DNA from: Clostridiales bacterium
Lineage (GTDB): Bacteria > Bacillota > Clostridia > Lachnospirales > Lachnospiraceae
Assembly (NCBI GenBank): GCA_020860365.1
Contig: JAJBUL010000237.1
Span: 1-61,761 of the forward strand
Reading direction: 5' to 3'
DNA: 61,761 bases
In this document: piece after piece, positions 1 to 9,833 of the stretch
How the letters are laid out: each line of letters begins with the position of its first letter
Position numbering within the stretch: position 1 is the first letter of the stretch
Notes under the pieces: generated by a model
The model's input: the letters and a program-made list of their open reading frames with translations, nothing else
Databases searched by the model: none
What the model was told of the DNA's origin: nothing
Position numbers and translations under genes: made by a program

Positions 1-89
1 TCACGAAAGTTCAAAATCTCAGTCCGTCTTCTCCACCCCGTGAATAGTAACCTGCAATCTATATTTTTTACCTCCCGTTCATTTTCTCC

Positions 90-118
90 TTGCCTTTCTA
101 TCTGCCCCACGATATACT
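90..118 (+). promoter_or_regulatory. Putative sigma-A promoter for the DUF1622 gene
   Basis: TTGCCT(90-95)-N17-TATACT(113-118), about 100 nt upstream of ATG 222. Confidence 0.5.
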
Positions 119-221
119 GTCATTAATTGAGAAGCATCTGCAGCTCGATCACCCGAAGGTCACGGAACCGAATATACAAGCCTTTTTTCCACCGCATACC
201 AGAAGAGAAAGGATTTTACAA

Positions 222-569
222 ATGAACGCTCTCGTCACACTTTTGGAAAATTTCCTGAATCAGTTTATCAATCTTGCCATCCTGTTTTTTGAATATGTCG
301 GCGTCGCCATCATCACGGTCACCGGTATTCGGGGAACGATCAACTACATCAAAAAAAGGCCGGACACCCGCCTGCTTCTGGCTGAGGGTCTGACCATGGG
401 ACTGGAGTTCAAGCTCGGAAGTGAAATTCTGAGAACAGTAATCGTACGCACGATGAACGAAATCCTGATCGTCGCCGGCATCATCGTCCTTCGGGCAGTG
501 CTGACTTTCCTGCTCCACTGGGAGATTAAAAATGAAGAAGAAGACGCGCAAGCACAGCACAGGCAATGA
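222..569 (+). CDS. DUF1622 family small membrane protein
   Basis: ATG 222 after AAAGGA; motif 'LAEGLTMGLEFKLGSEILRTV...IIVLRAVLTFLLHWEI' is typical of DUF1622. Confidence 0.8.
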   Translation: MNALVTLLENFLNQFINLAILFFEYVGVAIITVTGIRGTINYIKKRPDTRLLLAEGLTMGLEFKLGSEILRTVIVRTMNEILIVAGIIVLRAVLTFLLHWEIKNEEEDAQAQHRQ

Positions 570-1058
570 TCCCGGCAAATGTCGCAGTCAATGCGCCGCA
601 CAGTGTGTAGCGCGTTTTTTTATGCCAACAGAGGTAAAGTAGACGCTCATCGTGTAAAAAACCGTCTCCGTACAGCACATCATCAGCGACGCAGTCAACC
701 CGGTCAGGGAATCTGTCCCGTACTGCTTATAAATCTCCAAAAGAAGCCCTGACGCAGCGCCTGAGGAAAACAATCTCACTATGCCAAGCGGAACCAGTGC
801 AGAGGGAAATACCGCATCCGGAAGAATCCTTCCAATAATCGCCGCGATCCGCTCCAGAAGCCCGGATGCACGCAACACACCGGTCGCGGCCATCAATCCA
901 ATAAATGTAGGCGCCAGCTTTACAACTGTTTTCAGACCGCCCTCCGCGCCCTTTATGAAACTGTCATACACCGGAATCTTTGCCGCCATCCCGTATCCCA
1001 CAATATAAAGCACAACAAACGGGATGATCAGATCGGACAGATACAGAAGAACCCCCAT
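526..1058 (-). CDS. spmB: Spore maturation protein B (nucleoside recognition/Gate domain), with an apparent 1-nt frameshift in the T7 run at 615-621
   Basis: 'YDSFIKGAEGGLKTVVKLAPTFIGLM...CTETVFYTMSVYF' matches SpmB. Adding one A restores the canonical end KKTRYTLCGALTATFAGII...LLHF* (stop at 526). As given, the ORF stops at 588. Confidence 0.85.
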
Positions 1059-1089
1059 CGCTCATTCCCCTGCCTCGTATTCTCCCCCT

Positions 1090-1118
1090 ATTTTATGATA
1101 AAATCCACACAAATATAC
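1090..1118 (-). promoter_or_regulatory. Putative sigma-E (mother-cell sporulation) promoter of spmB
   Basis: Minus strand GTATATT-N14-CATAAAAT resembles the SigE consensus; spmAB is SigE-dependent in B. subtilis. Confidence 0.55.
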
Positions 1119-1215
1119 ACAGGGCCGCACAAGAACTGCACAGCCCTGCAAACCCCTTGCCATAAGTCCTGCCCTGACTGCATCTACAGGATCTCAGTCA
1201 CCACAGGCAGACCTG

Positions 1216-4200
1216 TTATAAAATACTGCTCTGTTTCCGCCGTCTTCGGGCACTCCATCCGAATGCCAGAGCCGCCGCACCCATCAAAACCGCATAAGCA
1301 GCCAGCGGCGCCGTATCCCCGGTCTCTACCGAGGTCGCCACACCAGTCGTCGAGCCATTGTCATCCACCGTATAGGACGAACCACTGCTCAGATAAGCCG
1401 AAGACGTCGACGAGTAAATCGAATCCCAGTCATCCGTGGATGTCGAGCCATAGACACTGTTCAGCAGGATCGTCTGGATTTCCAGGCTGTCCTGTGTAAA
1501 TGCCGCCGTGGCATTGACTATCTTGATCTGATAGCCAAATTCTCGCTGGTTTGTAATCACATTGCCGTCCTCGTCCACCTCTGCAACGTAAACCGTCACT
1601 CCGGAAGCCGTCCCCAGATTCAGAGTCAGCTTCAGGGTCAGCTCGCTGGCATTATCCAGTGTCATCGCAATCGGATCGGCATACAGCTCGGTCATATCCG
1701 CATCTTTAAACAGGCCGACATAGAACGTCTCACTGACCGCCGTCAGCGTCGTACCGTCATACACACGCTTAGTCAGATAGAGCGTCGCCTTTGTGGCTTT
1801 CACCTTATTCGTAATCGTCACAGTCAGATTGCTGCCTTTCGAAATCGTCACCGCCGGTTGATCCACTGTCACCACGTAGGAGAAATCAGAAGAATCCGTA
1901 ATCCGGTTCCCGCTCGCGTCAACCTCAGCTATATAATAAGTCATGTCACTCTCACCGGAGAGCAGAATGCGCCTGCGCACGGACACCGTAGAAGCATTCG
2001 AAAGGCTCATCTGCACCACCGTCGGCGTATCGCTGTAATCCGCATTCCGGTAAATCCCGGCGTAAAAGGTCTTCGTCACTGCTTCCGCCGCCCCGGAAGA
2101 ATCCGTCACATTCATCGTAAGCGTCAGCGTACCCGTATAACGGTAGCCATCCGGCAGAGAAGCGTATACATTCTGCACAACCATGCTGCGAACCGCCTCG
2201 GACATCTGTACCATGCCGCTGTTCGTATAGCGAACCGTCAGCTCGTCCGTCGATGAGAGAACGACGCCATATTCATCCGTCGCCGCCACATAATAAACGC
2301 CATTCTGCGTCAGATTCAAAAAGGTCACATTTCCGGTAAATCCGCTGACATCAAGAGAAACCACGTTGCTGACCTTATTTTTACGGGCAGAATCTGAAAA
2401 CAGAGCTACATAATAGGTATAAGCGCCATTCGCCTGATAAGTCCCTGTCGTAGTGTCATAAGCATAGACCTGATAATCTCCCGCATAGACCTCCTGGGTA
2501 ACAGTAAGCGCGTAGCCCGTCGCGACAGTAACCTCATTTTTCAGTACCACTTCCGTCGTTCCGCCCCGGACGACCGTAAACGCCACATCCGGCACCGGCG
2601 TATATCCGGTCGGAGCCGTAATTTCTGTCAGATAATACGTCTCCCCGTCCGTCAGCGCGTTCGTCCAGATAATTTCCGTCGTACCAGAGGGAAAGGTCTT
2701 ACTTCCCACTGTCTCGACTTCATAAATATTGCCAGACGCATCTTTTATGGCCAGAGTTGCTCCCGAAAGCAGACTGCCGTCAGAGGAATCCTCCACACGA
2801 ATCTTTATCGTGGAATCGTTCAGCTTATTCCAGACACTGACCGCCGCTGCAGTCTCCCCACACGAAACGGTCACTGCGTTCTCATCATCAAGCGACATCA
2901 GGTAGGCGAAACCATTCTCACCGGTCGTCACAGCAGCGCCCGTGCTGTCCGTCTCCCGCAGGTAAAAGGTCTGCTGCGGCTTTGTCAGCTTCAATTTATA
3001 TGTCTTCGTCTTTGCGGCTTCGCCACCCATCGAAAAAGGAATCGGAGATTCATTTACCGCCGTCGTCATCTCCTCATCGCTGTAAATGTTCATATAAAAC
3101 TTTTCTGAAGTCGAAAGCGCCGAACCATCCCGATCAAACACATTCAGATTGATCGACAGCTTCACAACACAATAAAACAGCTCCTCCGGCCACGCTTCCG
3201 AATAGCAATACTGCACGACAACGCTCTCTGCCGCCGACTCCGCCTCGCCAAGCACCACCGACACCAGTGGCGAACGTAAGCCGTCTGTTGCGGTCAGTAC
3301 AGTACCCGTTGCCTCTTCTCCCCCGGCCAGACTGTCTTCTGTAGCGCTCTCCGTCCCATTTTCGCTCTCTGCGCTGCCATCTTCCTGTGACAGTCCCTCT
3401 TCGGTCTCTGTCTCAGACTCTTCCGTCTGGGAGCTTTCCTCCGTCTCCGTATTCGTCACAATCAGAAGATTCCCATTCTCATCCGTCGCCGCCAGTGGAT
3501 TGCCGGCCGCGTCCGTCGCCGCCACATAGTAGGTACCGGACGCAAGGTTATCAAAAACCAGGCTCTGGCTGCCCGACGAACCAGACACAAAGGTCAGCGC
3601 TTTCACACTGCTGACGCGAGTCAGCGATGACCCGTTCTTCGTAAACAGTGCCACGTAACCGACCAGGTCGGTTCCCGCACGCAGCGCCGCGTCTCCGTAA
3701 AGCGCCTGCGCCGAGACAGTGATTGACCGGCCGGAAATCGTATCCGCCGAAGCCACCGACGCTTCATCCGCCCCCTCTGTTTCCGTTTCTGCTTCGGAAG
3801 CCACCTCTGTTTCGGCTTCTGTCTCCGTTTCTGCTTCGGAAGCCACTTCTGTTTCGGCTTCTGTTTCCGTTTCTACCACTTCAGAAGCCACCTCTGTCTC
3901 CGTTTCAGAAACGGATTCTGTCTCAATTTCCGGCTCGGTTTCTGCTTCAGATCCCACTTCTGATACACCCTCAGTTCCGGCTTCTCTACTCCTGCCTGCT
4001 TCCGTCTGTGCCACATTCTCTGGTGCAGCAACTGTCTCTTCCCCAGTCATAGCTTCACTTTCCGCAGTGGATTTCGTCTCAGGCATTTCTGCCAATGTGC
4101 CTGTGGTCTCTGACTCCGAAACGGTCTGTACCTCTTCCTCAAGTTCATCCGCTAGAAAAACGATCGGCAGCAGCTTCGCGTTCTCATTTTTAACCGTCAC

Positions 4201-5442
4201 GGACTGCGCGTAAATTGCGCCGGAAAGATTCCCCTCGCTCTCCACCGTTGCCGCCGGGGCAAGGATTGTTCCCTGCAGACTGCCGGAGAGCTTCAGCTTT
4301 CCCTCATAATCTGTGTAAGCATCTTCCTCTGTCGCCACAAAATTATAAATAACGGATCCTGCCTCTGACAAGTCAGAATAAGTTACCGTTTTCCCGAATC
4401 GCTTCAAAGAATAACCGGAAAACTCCAGTTCCTGATCCACGCTTACTGCAACCACATTGATCACATAAACCATATTCGTAATATCCAGCACCTTATCCGC
4501 GAAGAGCGCGGTCAGCTGCGTCTCATCCAGATCACCATTCTCATCCGCATAAAGGTTGATCACTGTGACTTCACTCGTCGTCTGCGCATCCGCCAGGACA
4601 GTCGAGACCTTTGCAAGCTCCGAAAGAAGCGCCTGTCCTTCTTCGCCCTTCAAAATCAGAGTGTCCAGGCTGTCATCCCCGGTCTGTAATTCTCCGTCCG
4701 TCTCTGAATCCTCTGCCGCTTCGTCATCAGCCCCCGTCTCAGACACAGCCTCTGCCTGATCTTCCCAAACCAGCGTCACCAGCGCTTCTGTCGCTTTCTC
4801 CGGGATGGTCACATCCTTTGCCACAAACAGCCAGGGCAACGCTTTTTCCAGCTTCTTCACCAGTTCTTTGCGCTTCAGCTTTTCACCCGCATTCTGACGC
4901 GCAGAGCGCTCTGTCTCTGTCTCTGTTTCCGTTTCTAATTCCGTTTCCGCTTCCGTCGTCTGTGACTCCGATTCGGTTGCCGACTCGGTCGTCTTTTCCT
5001 CATTCGCTGTCCTGGACTTTTCGGTCTCAGTCTCTGCGGCATTCTCCGCTTCCGTCGGCGTCTGGGTACCTGTGGCCTCGGTCGCTTTCTCCGTTTGAGC
5101 CACCGTTTCTGTGTCATACGTCTCCGCTTCTGTCGTCTGTGTCTGCGTTTCCGCTGTCTGCGTCTGTGACTCTGTCGTTGCCGTCTGCGTTTCCGTTGCC
5201 TGCGTCTGTGACTCTGTCGCTGCCGTCTGCGCCTCCGTCGCCGATTGTGGCTCCGTTGCCACTGTCTGTGTTTCCGTTGCCTGCGCCTGTGACTCAACCG
5301 CCTGTGTCTCTACTTCCTGAACGTCTGTCTGTGTATCTGCGGCAATTCCGGCCATACTGCACTGCTGCGCAAGCAGCGCCGCCACCAGAAAAGCTGCCGC
5401 TATTCTCCTGAATGTTCCCCGTCTTTTTCCTTTTTTTATCAT
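1216..5442 (-). CDS. Large acidic cell-wall-anchored surface protein (signal peptide, T/E/Q-rich stalks, choice-of-anchor-A-like region, repeated Ig-like/SpaA modules, VETGD sorting signal)
   Basis: ATG 5442 after GGAAGG; basic N-region then hydrophobic stretch; 'GTILAPAATV...LSGAIYAQSV'; SpaA/Cna-B-like 'LSGATLAIKD...YYLTEITAPTGY'; C-terminal VETGD + TM + RRRRK. Confidence 0.8.
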   Translation of the reverse strand: MIKKGKRRGTFRRIAAAFLVAALLAQQCSMAGIAADTQTDVQEVETQAVESQAQATETQTVATEPQSATEAQTAATESQTQATETQTATTESQTQTAETQTQTTEAETYDTETVAQTEKATEATGTQTPTEAENAAETETEKSRTANEEKTTESATESESQTTEAETELETETETETERSARQNAGEKLKRKELVKKLEKALPWLFVAKDVTIPEKATEALVTLVWEDQAEAVSETGADDEAAEDSETDGELQTGDDSLDTLILKGEEGQALLSELAKVSTVLADAQTTSEVTVINLYADENGDLDETQLTALFADKVLDITNMVYVINVVAVSVDQELEFSGYSLKRFGKTVTYSDLSEAGSVIYNFVATEEDAYTDYEGKLKLSGSLQGTILAPAATVESEGNLSGAIYAQSVTVKNENAKLLPIVFLADELEEEVQTVSESETTGTLAEMPETKSTAESEAMTGEETVAAPENVAQTEAGRSREAGTEGVSEVGSEAETEPEIETESVSETETEVASEVVETETEAETEVASEAETETEAETEVASEAETETEGADEASVASADTISGRSITVSAQALYGDAALRAGTDLVGYVALFTKNGSSLTRVSSVKALTFVSGSSGSQSLVFDNLASGTYYVAATDAAGNPLAATDENGNLLIVTNTETEESSQTEESETETEEGLSQEDGSAESENGTESATEDSLAGGEEATGTVLTATDGLRSPLVSVVLGEAESAAESVVVQYCYSEAWPEELFYCVVKLSINLNVFDRDGSALSTSEKFYMNIYSDEEMTTAVNESPIPFSMGGEAAKTKTYKLKLTKPQQTFYLRETDSTGAAVTTGENGFAYLMSLDDENAVTVSCGETAAAVSVWNKLNDSTIKIRVEDSSDGSLLSGATLAIKDASGNIYEVETVGSKTFPSGTTEIIWTNALTDGETYYLTEITAPTGYTPVPDVAFTVVRGGTTEVVLKNEVTVATGYALTVTQEVYAGDYQVYAYDTTTGTYQANGAYTYYVALFSDSARKNKVSNVVSLDVSGFTGNVTFLNLTQNGVYYVAATDEYGVVLSSTDELTVRYTNSGMVQMSEAVRSMVVQNVYASLPDGYRYTGTLTLTMNVTDSSGAAEAVTKTFYAGIYRNADYSDTPTVVQMSLSNASTVSVRRRILLSGESDMTYYIAEVDASGNRITDSSDFSYVVTVDQPAVTISKGSNLTVTITNKVKATKATLYLTKRVYDGTTLTAVSETFYVGLFKDADMTELYADPIAMTLDNASELTLKLTLNLGTASGVTVYVAEVDEDGNVITNQREFGYQIKIVNATAAFTQDSLEIQTILLNSVYGSTSTDDWDSIYSSTSSAYLSSGSSYTVDDNGSTTGVATSVETGDTAPLAAYAVLMGAAALAFGWSARRRRKQSSIL
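3775..3910 (-). repeat. In-frame 42-bp tandem repeat (VASEAETETEAETE) in the surface protein
   Basis: About 3 imperfect copies of gccacctctgtttcggcttctgtctccgtttctgcttcggaa. Confidence 0.8.
5125..5310 (-). repeat. In-frame 21/42-bp tandem repeats (TESQTQA/TETQTAT) in the surface-protein stalk
   Basis: Repeated gtctgtgactctgtcg / gtctgcgtttccgttgcc units. Confidence 0.8.
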
Positions 5443-5604
5443 AATTTTCCTTCCCACCCACAGCTGATATACAGCGTCCCTACCCGGAACCCCTGCCGGA
5501 TTTCCCGCCAAATCATCGGAATCGCTGCGTCATCCCGGTATACAAAACACTACGCGAAAAGCTAAAGCGCGCAGCAAGCCGCTCGAGTCTGTTCTGGTAA
5601 AACA

Positions 5605-6234
5605 TCATTTTGTCCCGAAGATACGATCTCCCGCATCCCCAAGGCCAGGCACGATATAGCCATGCTCATTCAAGTGGTCATCCAGTGCGCCAATATACAT
5701 ATCCACGTCCGGATGCGCCTTTTTCATCGCCTCAATCCCATCCGGCGCCGCAATAATACACATAAACCGAATGCTCTTACATCCCTTATCCTTCAGCATC
5801 TGAATCGCGGCGACCGCCGACCCGCCCGTGGCCAGCATCGGATCCACCACAAAAACCTCTCTCTCGCTGCAATCCGCAGGGAGCTTGCAATAATACTCAA
5901 CCGGCCGGAGGGTCTCCGGATCACGGTAAAGTCCGATGTGACCTACCTTCGCCGCGGGCATCATCGCCAGCATCCCATCCACCATACCAAGGCCCGCACG
6001 CAGAATCGGAACAACTGCCAGCTTCTTGCCGCTCAGCTCTTTCACTGTCGTCTTCGCAATCGGAGTTTCAATCTCTACATCCTGCAACTTCAGGTCTCGC
6101 GTCGCTTCATAGCACATATACATCGCAATCTCCCCGATCATTGCCCGAAAATCTCTGGAGCCGGTCTCCTTTCTCCGGATCATACCGATCTTATGCTGAA
6201 TCACCGGATGATCCATAATCATAATTTTCTGCAT
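5605..6234 (-). CDS. upp: Uracil phosphoribosyltransferase
   Basis: 209 aa from ATG 6234 (SD GGAGGAG); '[10 protein letters not shown]', PRPP motif '[11 protein letters not shown]', '[17 protein letters not shown]'. Confidence 0.97.
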   Translation of the reverse strand: MQKIMIMDHPVIQHKIGMIRRKETGSRDFRAMIGEIAMYMCYEATRDLKLQDVEIETPIAKTTVKELSGKKLAVVPILRAGLGMVDGMLAMMPAAKVGHIGLYRDPETLRPVEYYCKLPADCSEREVFVVDPMLATGGSAVAAIQMLKDKGCKSIRFMCIIAAPDGIEAMKKAHPDVDMYIGALDDHLNEHGYIVPGLGDAGDRIFGTK

Positions 6235-6446
6235 CTGCTCCTCCTTCTCCCTGCCCCATTCGCCGCCGCACACTCTCATGGCGTCTGCCACACGACATTG
6301 TCCATATCTTACCACAGGCAAACCGTCAAATCCTATATTTTCTCTTAAATTTGTCTATCCAAAACGAACCGTTCGTTACAAGTCACACCTGGACCAGATT
6401 TACGATGTTTCCCGATCTACAGGTATGACCTGGCAAACCACTTTTC

Positions 6447-6875
6447 TCACTCATCAATCATCTTCACTCTGCGCGCATGCCTCTCAGCACCGGAAAATGG
6501 CGTGTTCAGGAAGGTCTCGGTGATCTTTACCGCCAGTCCCGGACCTGTCACACGCGCACCCATGCACAAAATATTCGCGTCATTGTGCAAACGCGTCGCC
6601 TCCGCACTGAAGCAGTCGCCGCAAAGTGCCGCGCGGATACCCTTATAGCGGTTCGCCGTCATCGACATGCCAATGCCGGTGCCGCAAATCAGAATCCCTT
6701 TGTCCGCGTTGCCGGAAAGAATTTCCTTCACCACTGCCTTTGCATAAACAGGATAATCCACCGCATCCGCCGAATAAGTGCCGCAATCCCTGTATGCAAT
6801 TCCTTTCGCATCCAGATCTCTCATAATCTCCTGTTTTAACTCATATCCTGCCTGGTCACATCCGATTGCTAACAT
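6447..6875 (-). CDS. rpiB: Ribose-5-phosphate isomerase B (RpiB/LacAB family)
   Basis: 'DYPVYA', 'GILICGTGIGMS', 'HNDANILCMGARV', 'RHARRV'. Confidence 0.93.
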   Translation of the reverse strand: MLAIGCDQAGYELKQEIMRDLDAKGIAYRDCGTYSADAVDYPVYAKAVVKEILSGNADKGILICGTGIGMSMTANRYKGIRAALCGDCFSAEATRLHNDANILCMGARVTGPGLAVKITETFLNTPFSGAERHARRVKMIDE

Positions 6876-7336
6876 AGTAGTTCCTCCTCATTTAATTGTA
6901 TCACCAGTTTTTTTATCATATATTGTAAGATTTCAAAACACTGCCCATAATCCGCAAGCGTACCTCCATAGGGATTCGGCAGACTCCCCGGCCAGTCCAC
7001 AAACCGGAAAAGCACCTGTACCAGATCCTCCCGTTCAGGCCGGAAGGTCTCCAGCGTTTTTTCCCGCACCTCATCATCAAACGTCAGGATCAATGTTCTG
7101 TCGTCAAAATCCTCCTGCACCAGCGGATCGCTCATGTGATGCTTCATAGTCAGCCCATTACTCACCAGCACCGCCTCTGCTTTCGGATTGATTGGCTCCG
7201 GAAATAGCACGATCAGGCCTTTCGAGGTCACGTCCAGTGCATCCAGCAGATACTTGCTCTGCATAATTGCCTCCGCCATCGGACCGACAGAAGTATCTCC
7301 TTTGCTCACAAAAATCAGTCGGTCGTATTTCTTCAC
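6869..7336 (-). CDS. Low-molecular-weight phosphatase (YwlE-like) fold protein with a degenerate active site
   Basis: GTG 7336 after GGAGGTG; LMW-PTP layout and position between sua5 and rpiB. The P-loop reads VSKGDTSVGPMAE instead of VCTGNTCRSPMAE, and DPYG reads NPYG. Confidence 0.75.
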   Translation of the reverse strand: MKKYDRLIFVSKGDTSVGPMAEAIMQSKYLLDALDVTSKGLIVLFPEPINPKAEAVLVSNGLTMKHHMSDPLVQEDFDDRTLILTFDDEVREKTLETFRPEREDLVQVLFRFVDWPGSLPNPYGGTLADYGQCFEILQYMIKKLVIQLNEEELLC

Positions 7337-7368
7337 TGTTCTCACCTCCCGCCTACGTAAAAATTGTA

Positions 7369-8415
7369 TCAGGCATAAATCACCTGATGCCCCGCCGCCT
7401 TCATCAGACGGTTCATAATCGCCGGTCCCATCTGCGGCGTCTCAAAGGATTCTGAATAGATCACCGAAACCTCCCGTCGGTCAAACTCCCGCAGGATCGC
7501 ATACAGATGCCGTGCAATGGAACGCTCATCCGCACGGGAGCCGATCGATTCCACGATCGCATGCGCGTAGCTGCCAGATGTCTCATCTGTCGCAATGACG
7601 CCTGGCATACGCCCTTTCTTATTCTCCGCGGCTGTCAGAGCGTTAATCTTTTCCTGTACCCTCTGCCGATCGCCCTCTACAATAAAAAGCGGCGCCCTCG
7701 GCGCATAATGGCGATACTTCATCCCCGGCGCTTTCGGCCGAACCGAAGAATCCTCCGAAATCAGCCCACGATCCATTTTCACCGATCCAATCACATCCCG
7801 CAGCATCTCCTGACTGATATATCCCGGACGCAAAATCATTGGTGTCTCCTCCGTCAGGTCAACAATCGTAGACTCCAACCCGATCGAAACCGGACCGCCA
7901 TCAATAATCATATCTATGACACCGTCCATATCCTCTGCAACATGCTGCGCCGTCGTCGGGCTCGGTCTGCCAGAGGTATTCGCACTCGGGGCAGCAATGT
8001 ATCCACCGCCCGCCCGAATCAGTGCCAGCGCAATTGGATGATCCGGCATACGCACCGCTACGGTATCCAGGCCTCCGGTCGTCGCGTAGGGCACCGCCGC
8101 TGACTTTTTTAAAATCATCGTCAGCGGTCCCGGCCAAAACATATCAGCAAGCAGCCGCGCCTGCGCGGGGCGATCCTCCGTAATCCTTTCAATCGCTTCC
8201 CAATCCGCGATATGTACAATCAGCGGGTTATCCGACGGCCGTCCTTTCGCCTGATAAATCTTCGCCGAAGCGCCCGCGTCCAGCGCGTCCGCGCCCAGCC
8301 CATAGACCGTCTCTGTCGGAAACGCCACCAGCCCGCCCTGTCGCACAATCTCACCCGCACGGCGGATCCCATCCTCACGGACGCCATTTCGCATATCTTC
8401 CAAAACTGTAATCAT
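7369..8415 (-). CDS. sua5: L-threonylcarbamoyladenylate synthase, Sua5 type (YrdC + SUA5 domains)
   Basis: 'VAFPTETVYGLGA', 'KGRPSDNPLIVH', 'APSANTSGRPSPT', 'PGMKYRHYAP'. Confidence 0.95.
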   Translation of the reverse strand: MITVLEDMRNGVREDGIRRAGEIVRQGGLVAFPTETVYGLGADALDAGASAKIYQAKGRPSDNPLIVHIADWEAIERITEDRPAQARLLADMFWPGPLTMILKKSAAVPYATTGGLDTVAVRMPDHPIALALIRAGGGYIAAPSANTSGRPSPTTAQHVAEDMDGVIDMIIDGGPVSIGLESTIVDLTEETPMILRPGYISQEMLRDVIGSVKMDRGLISEDSSVRPKAPGMKYRHYAPRAPLFIVEGDRQRVQEKINALTAAENKKGRMPGVIATDETSGSYAHAIVESIGSRADERSIARHLYAILREFDRREVSVIYSESFETPQMGPAIMNRLMKAAGHQVIYA

Positions 8416-8604
8416 CCTCTGTCTCCTTCTCTCAAACAGTATATCACTATAAGCCATTTTTTGAAACTCTTTTTATACGAAATGGCGAAAATAATTTGTG
8501 AAACACGCCTTTTTTCAGTGTTCAAAACGAAAAAGCTGTGTTAGAATAGGAGATATCAGGCGTCGGTAAAGCCACGCACATACGTAAGGAAAGGATACAA
8601 AATC

Positions 8605-9750
8605 ATGAACGAAGAGGAAAGAGTAATCGCACAGGAAACCAACGAGACAACCACAGCGGCACATGCAGAAACAGAAACCGCAGTGGTAACGGAGACGGCA
8701 GAAAATGCCGATCCTGCAGGCACAGAAACAGAAAACGAAGCGGCAGAGTGTACAGAAGCCGAAGCCACGGCAGCGACGGACGCAGAGGCAGATACCACAA
8801 CGGCAACAGCAGTGGAAGAGACAAACGCCACAGCTTCATCCGCACCGGAAGCGCCGACCGAAACCATGGCGGATTACGACGACGCCATCACCGCTTCCAT
8901 GAAGCCCATCCATGAAGGCGACATCCTCAAAGGCACCGTGATCGGCATCTCCGATGAAGAGCTGACCGTCGACCTCGGCATCTACACGGACGGTGTTGTC
9001 CGCCTCGGGGACGCCAGCGATGACCCCGACTTTTCCTTCCGCGATTTCGAAATCGGCCAGGAGATTTCCGCTACTGTTATCCGGCGCGACAACGCGCAGG
9101 GACGCATTCAGCTCTCCCTGAAAGCGGCGGCGGCCGTACTCGGATGGGAACGCCTGCAGCAGCTCGAAAAGGACCAGTCCAACATCACCGTAAAGATCAG
9201 CGAAGCGGTCAAGAGCGGCGTGACTGCCTACGTAGAAGGCATCCGCGGATTCATTCCGGCCTCCAAGCTCTCACTTAGCTACGTAGAAAATCTTGACGAA
9301 TATGTTGGCCGTGAGATTGAAGTCCGCGTCATCACCGCAGATCCGGAAAACAGGCGTCTCGTCCTTTCCGCTCGCGATATTCTCCGTGAGAAAGAGCAGG
9401 AAGAGCGCAAACAGCGCATCTCCAACGTAGAAGTCGGTCTCGTGACCGAAGGCACCGTAGAGACCATCAAGGATTACGGCGCTTTCATTGATCTCGGCAA
9501 AGGCATGAGCGGCCTGCTCCACGTCTCGCAGATCAGCCAGCAGCGCATCAAACATCCAGGCGTCGTACTCAAGGAAGGCCAGAAGGTCAAAGTAAAAGTC
9601 ATCGGAGTAAAAGATGGCAAGATCAGCCTCAGCATGAAAGCGCTCGAAGATGTGCAGGCACAGGAGGTCGAAGAAGAGACCTACAAGATGCCAAAAGCGG
9701 AAGCGGCGACCACCTCCTTCGCGTCACTGCTCAAAAACATTAAGCTCTAA
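8605..9750 (+). CDS. S1 RNA-binding domain protein (ribosomal protein S1-like, 3 S1 domains) with an acidic T/E/A-rich N-terminal extension
   Basis: S1 motifs 'GIRGFIPASKLS' and 'DYGAFIDLGKGMSGLLHVSQIS'; SD AAGGA. Confidence 0.85.
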   Translation: MNEEERVIAQETNETTTAAHAETETAVVTETAENADPAGTETENEAAECTEAEATAATDAEADTTTATAVEETNATASSAPEAPTETMADYDDAITASMKPIHEGDILKGTVIGISDEELTVDLGIYTDGVVRLGDASDDPDFSFRDFEIGQEISATVIRRDNAQGRIQLSLKAAAAVLGWERLQQLEKDQSNITVKISEAVKSGVTAYVEGIRGFIPASKLSLSYVENLDEYVGREIEVRVITADPENRRLVLSARDILREKEQEERKQRISNVEVGLVTEGTVETIKDYGAFIDLGKGMSGLLHVSQISQQRIKHPGVVLKEGQKVKVKVIGVKDGKISLSMKALEDVQAQEVEEETYKMPKAEAATTSFASLLKNIKL

Positions 9751-9760
9751 GGCTTTTCGG

Positions 9761-9800
9761 GAAAAAGCCGCCAGTCGCGAAAGGACTGACGGCTTTTTTC
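9761..9800. terminator. Bidirectional intrinsic terminator between the S1 gene and the amidase
   Basis: gaaaaagccgccagtc-gcgaaag-gactgacggcttttttc. Confidence 0.85.
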
Positions 9801-9833
9801 ATAAAACTCAGCTATCATTTCAAGCTTTTGTAT

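Noticed and set aside
1-80. Start of a minus-strand gene running off the window edge
   Set aside because: An SD-like GGAGGT is present, but the nearby TTG frame closes at a TGA within 13 codons; too little sequence to call.
3775-5310. CRISPR array or non-coding repeat; Arg-rich ORF 4935-5297
   Set aside because: The repeats are in-frame multiples of 3 without unique spacers; the Arg-rich ORF is an alternate-frame shadow of the T/E/Q stalk.
5443-5604. c-di-GMP or other riboswitch upstream of the surface protein
   Set aside because: Contains GGGACGC but not the rest of the GEMM pattern (GGCAAACC...GCAAAGC); unsupported.
6240-6446. PyrR attenuator before upp
   Set aside because: An imperfect hairpin (gtcacacctg...caggtatgac) exists, but there is no PyrR-binding consensus or U-tailed terminator.
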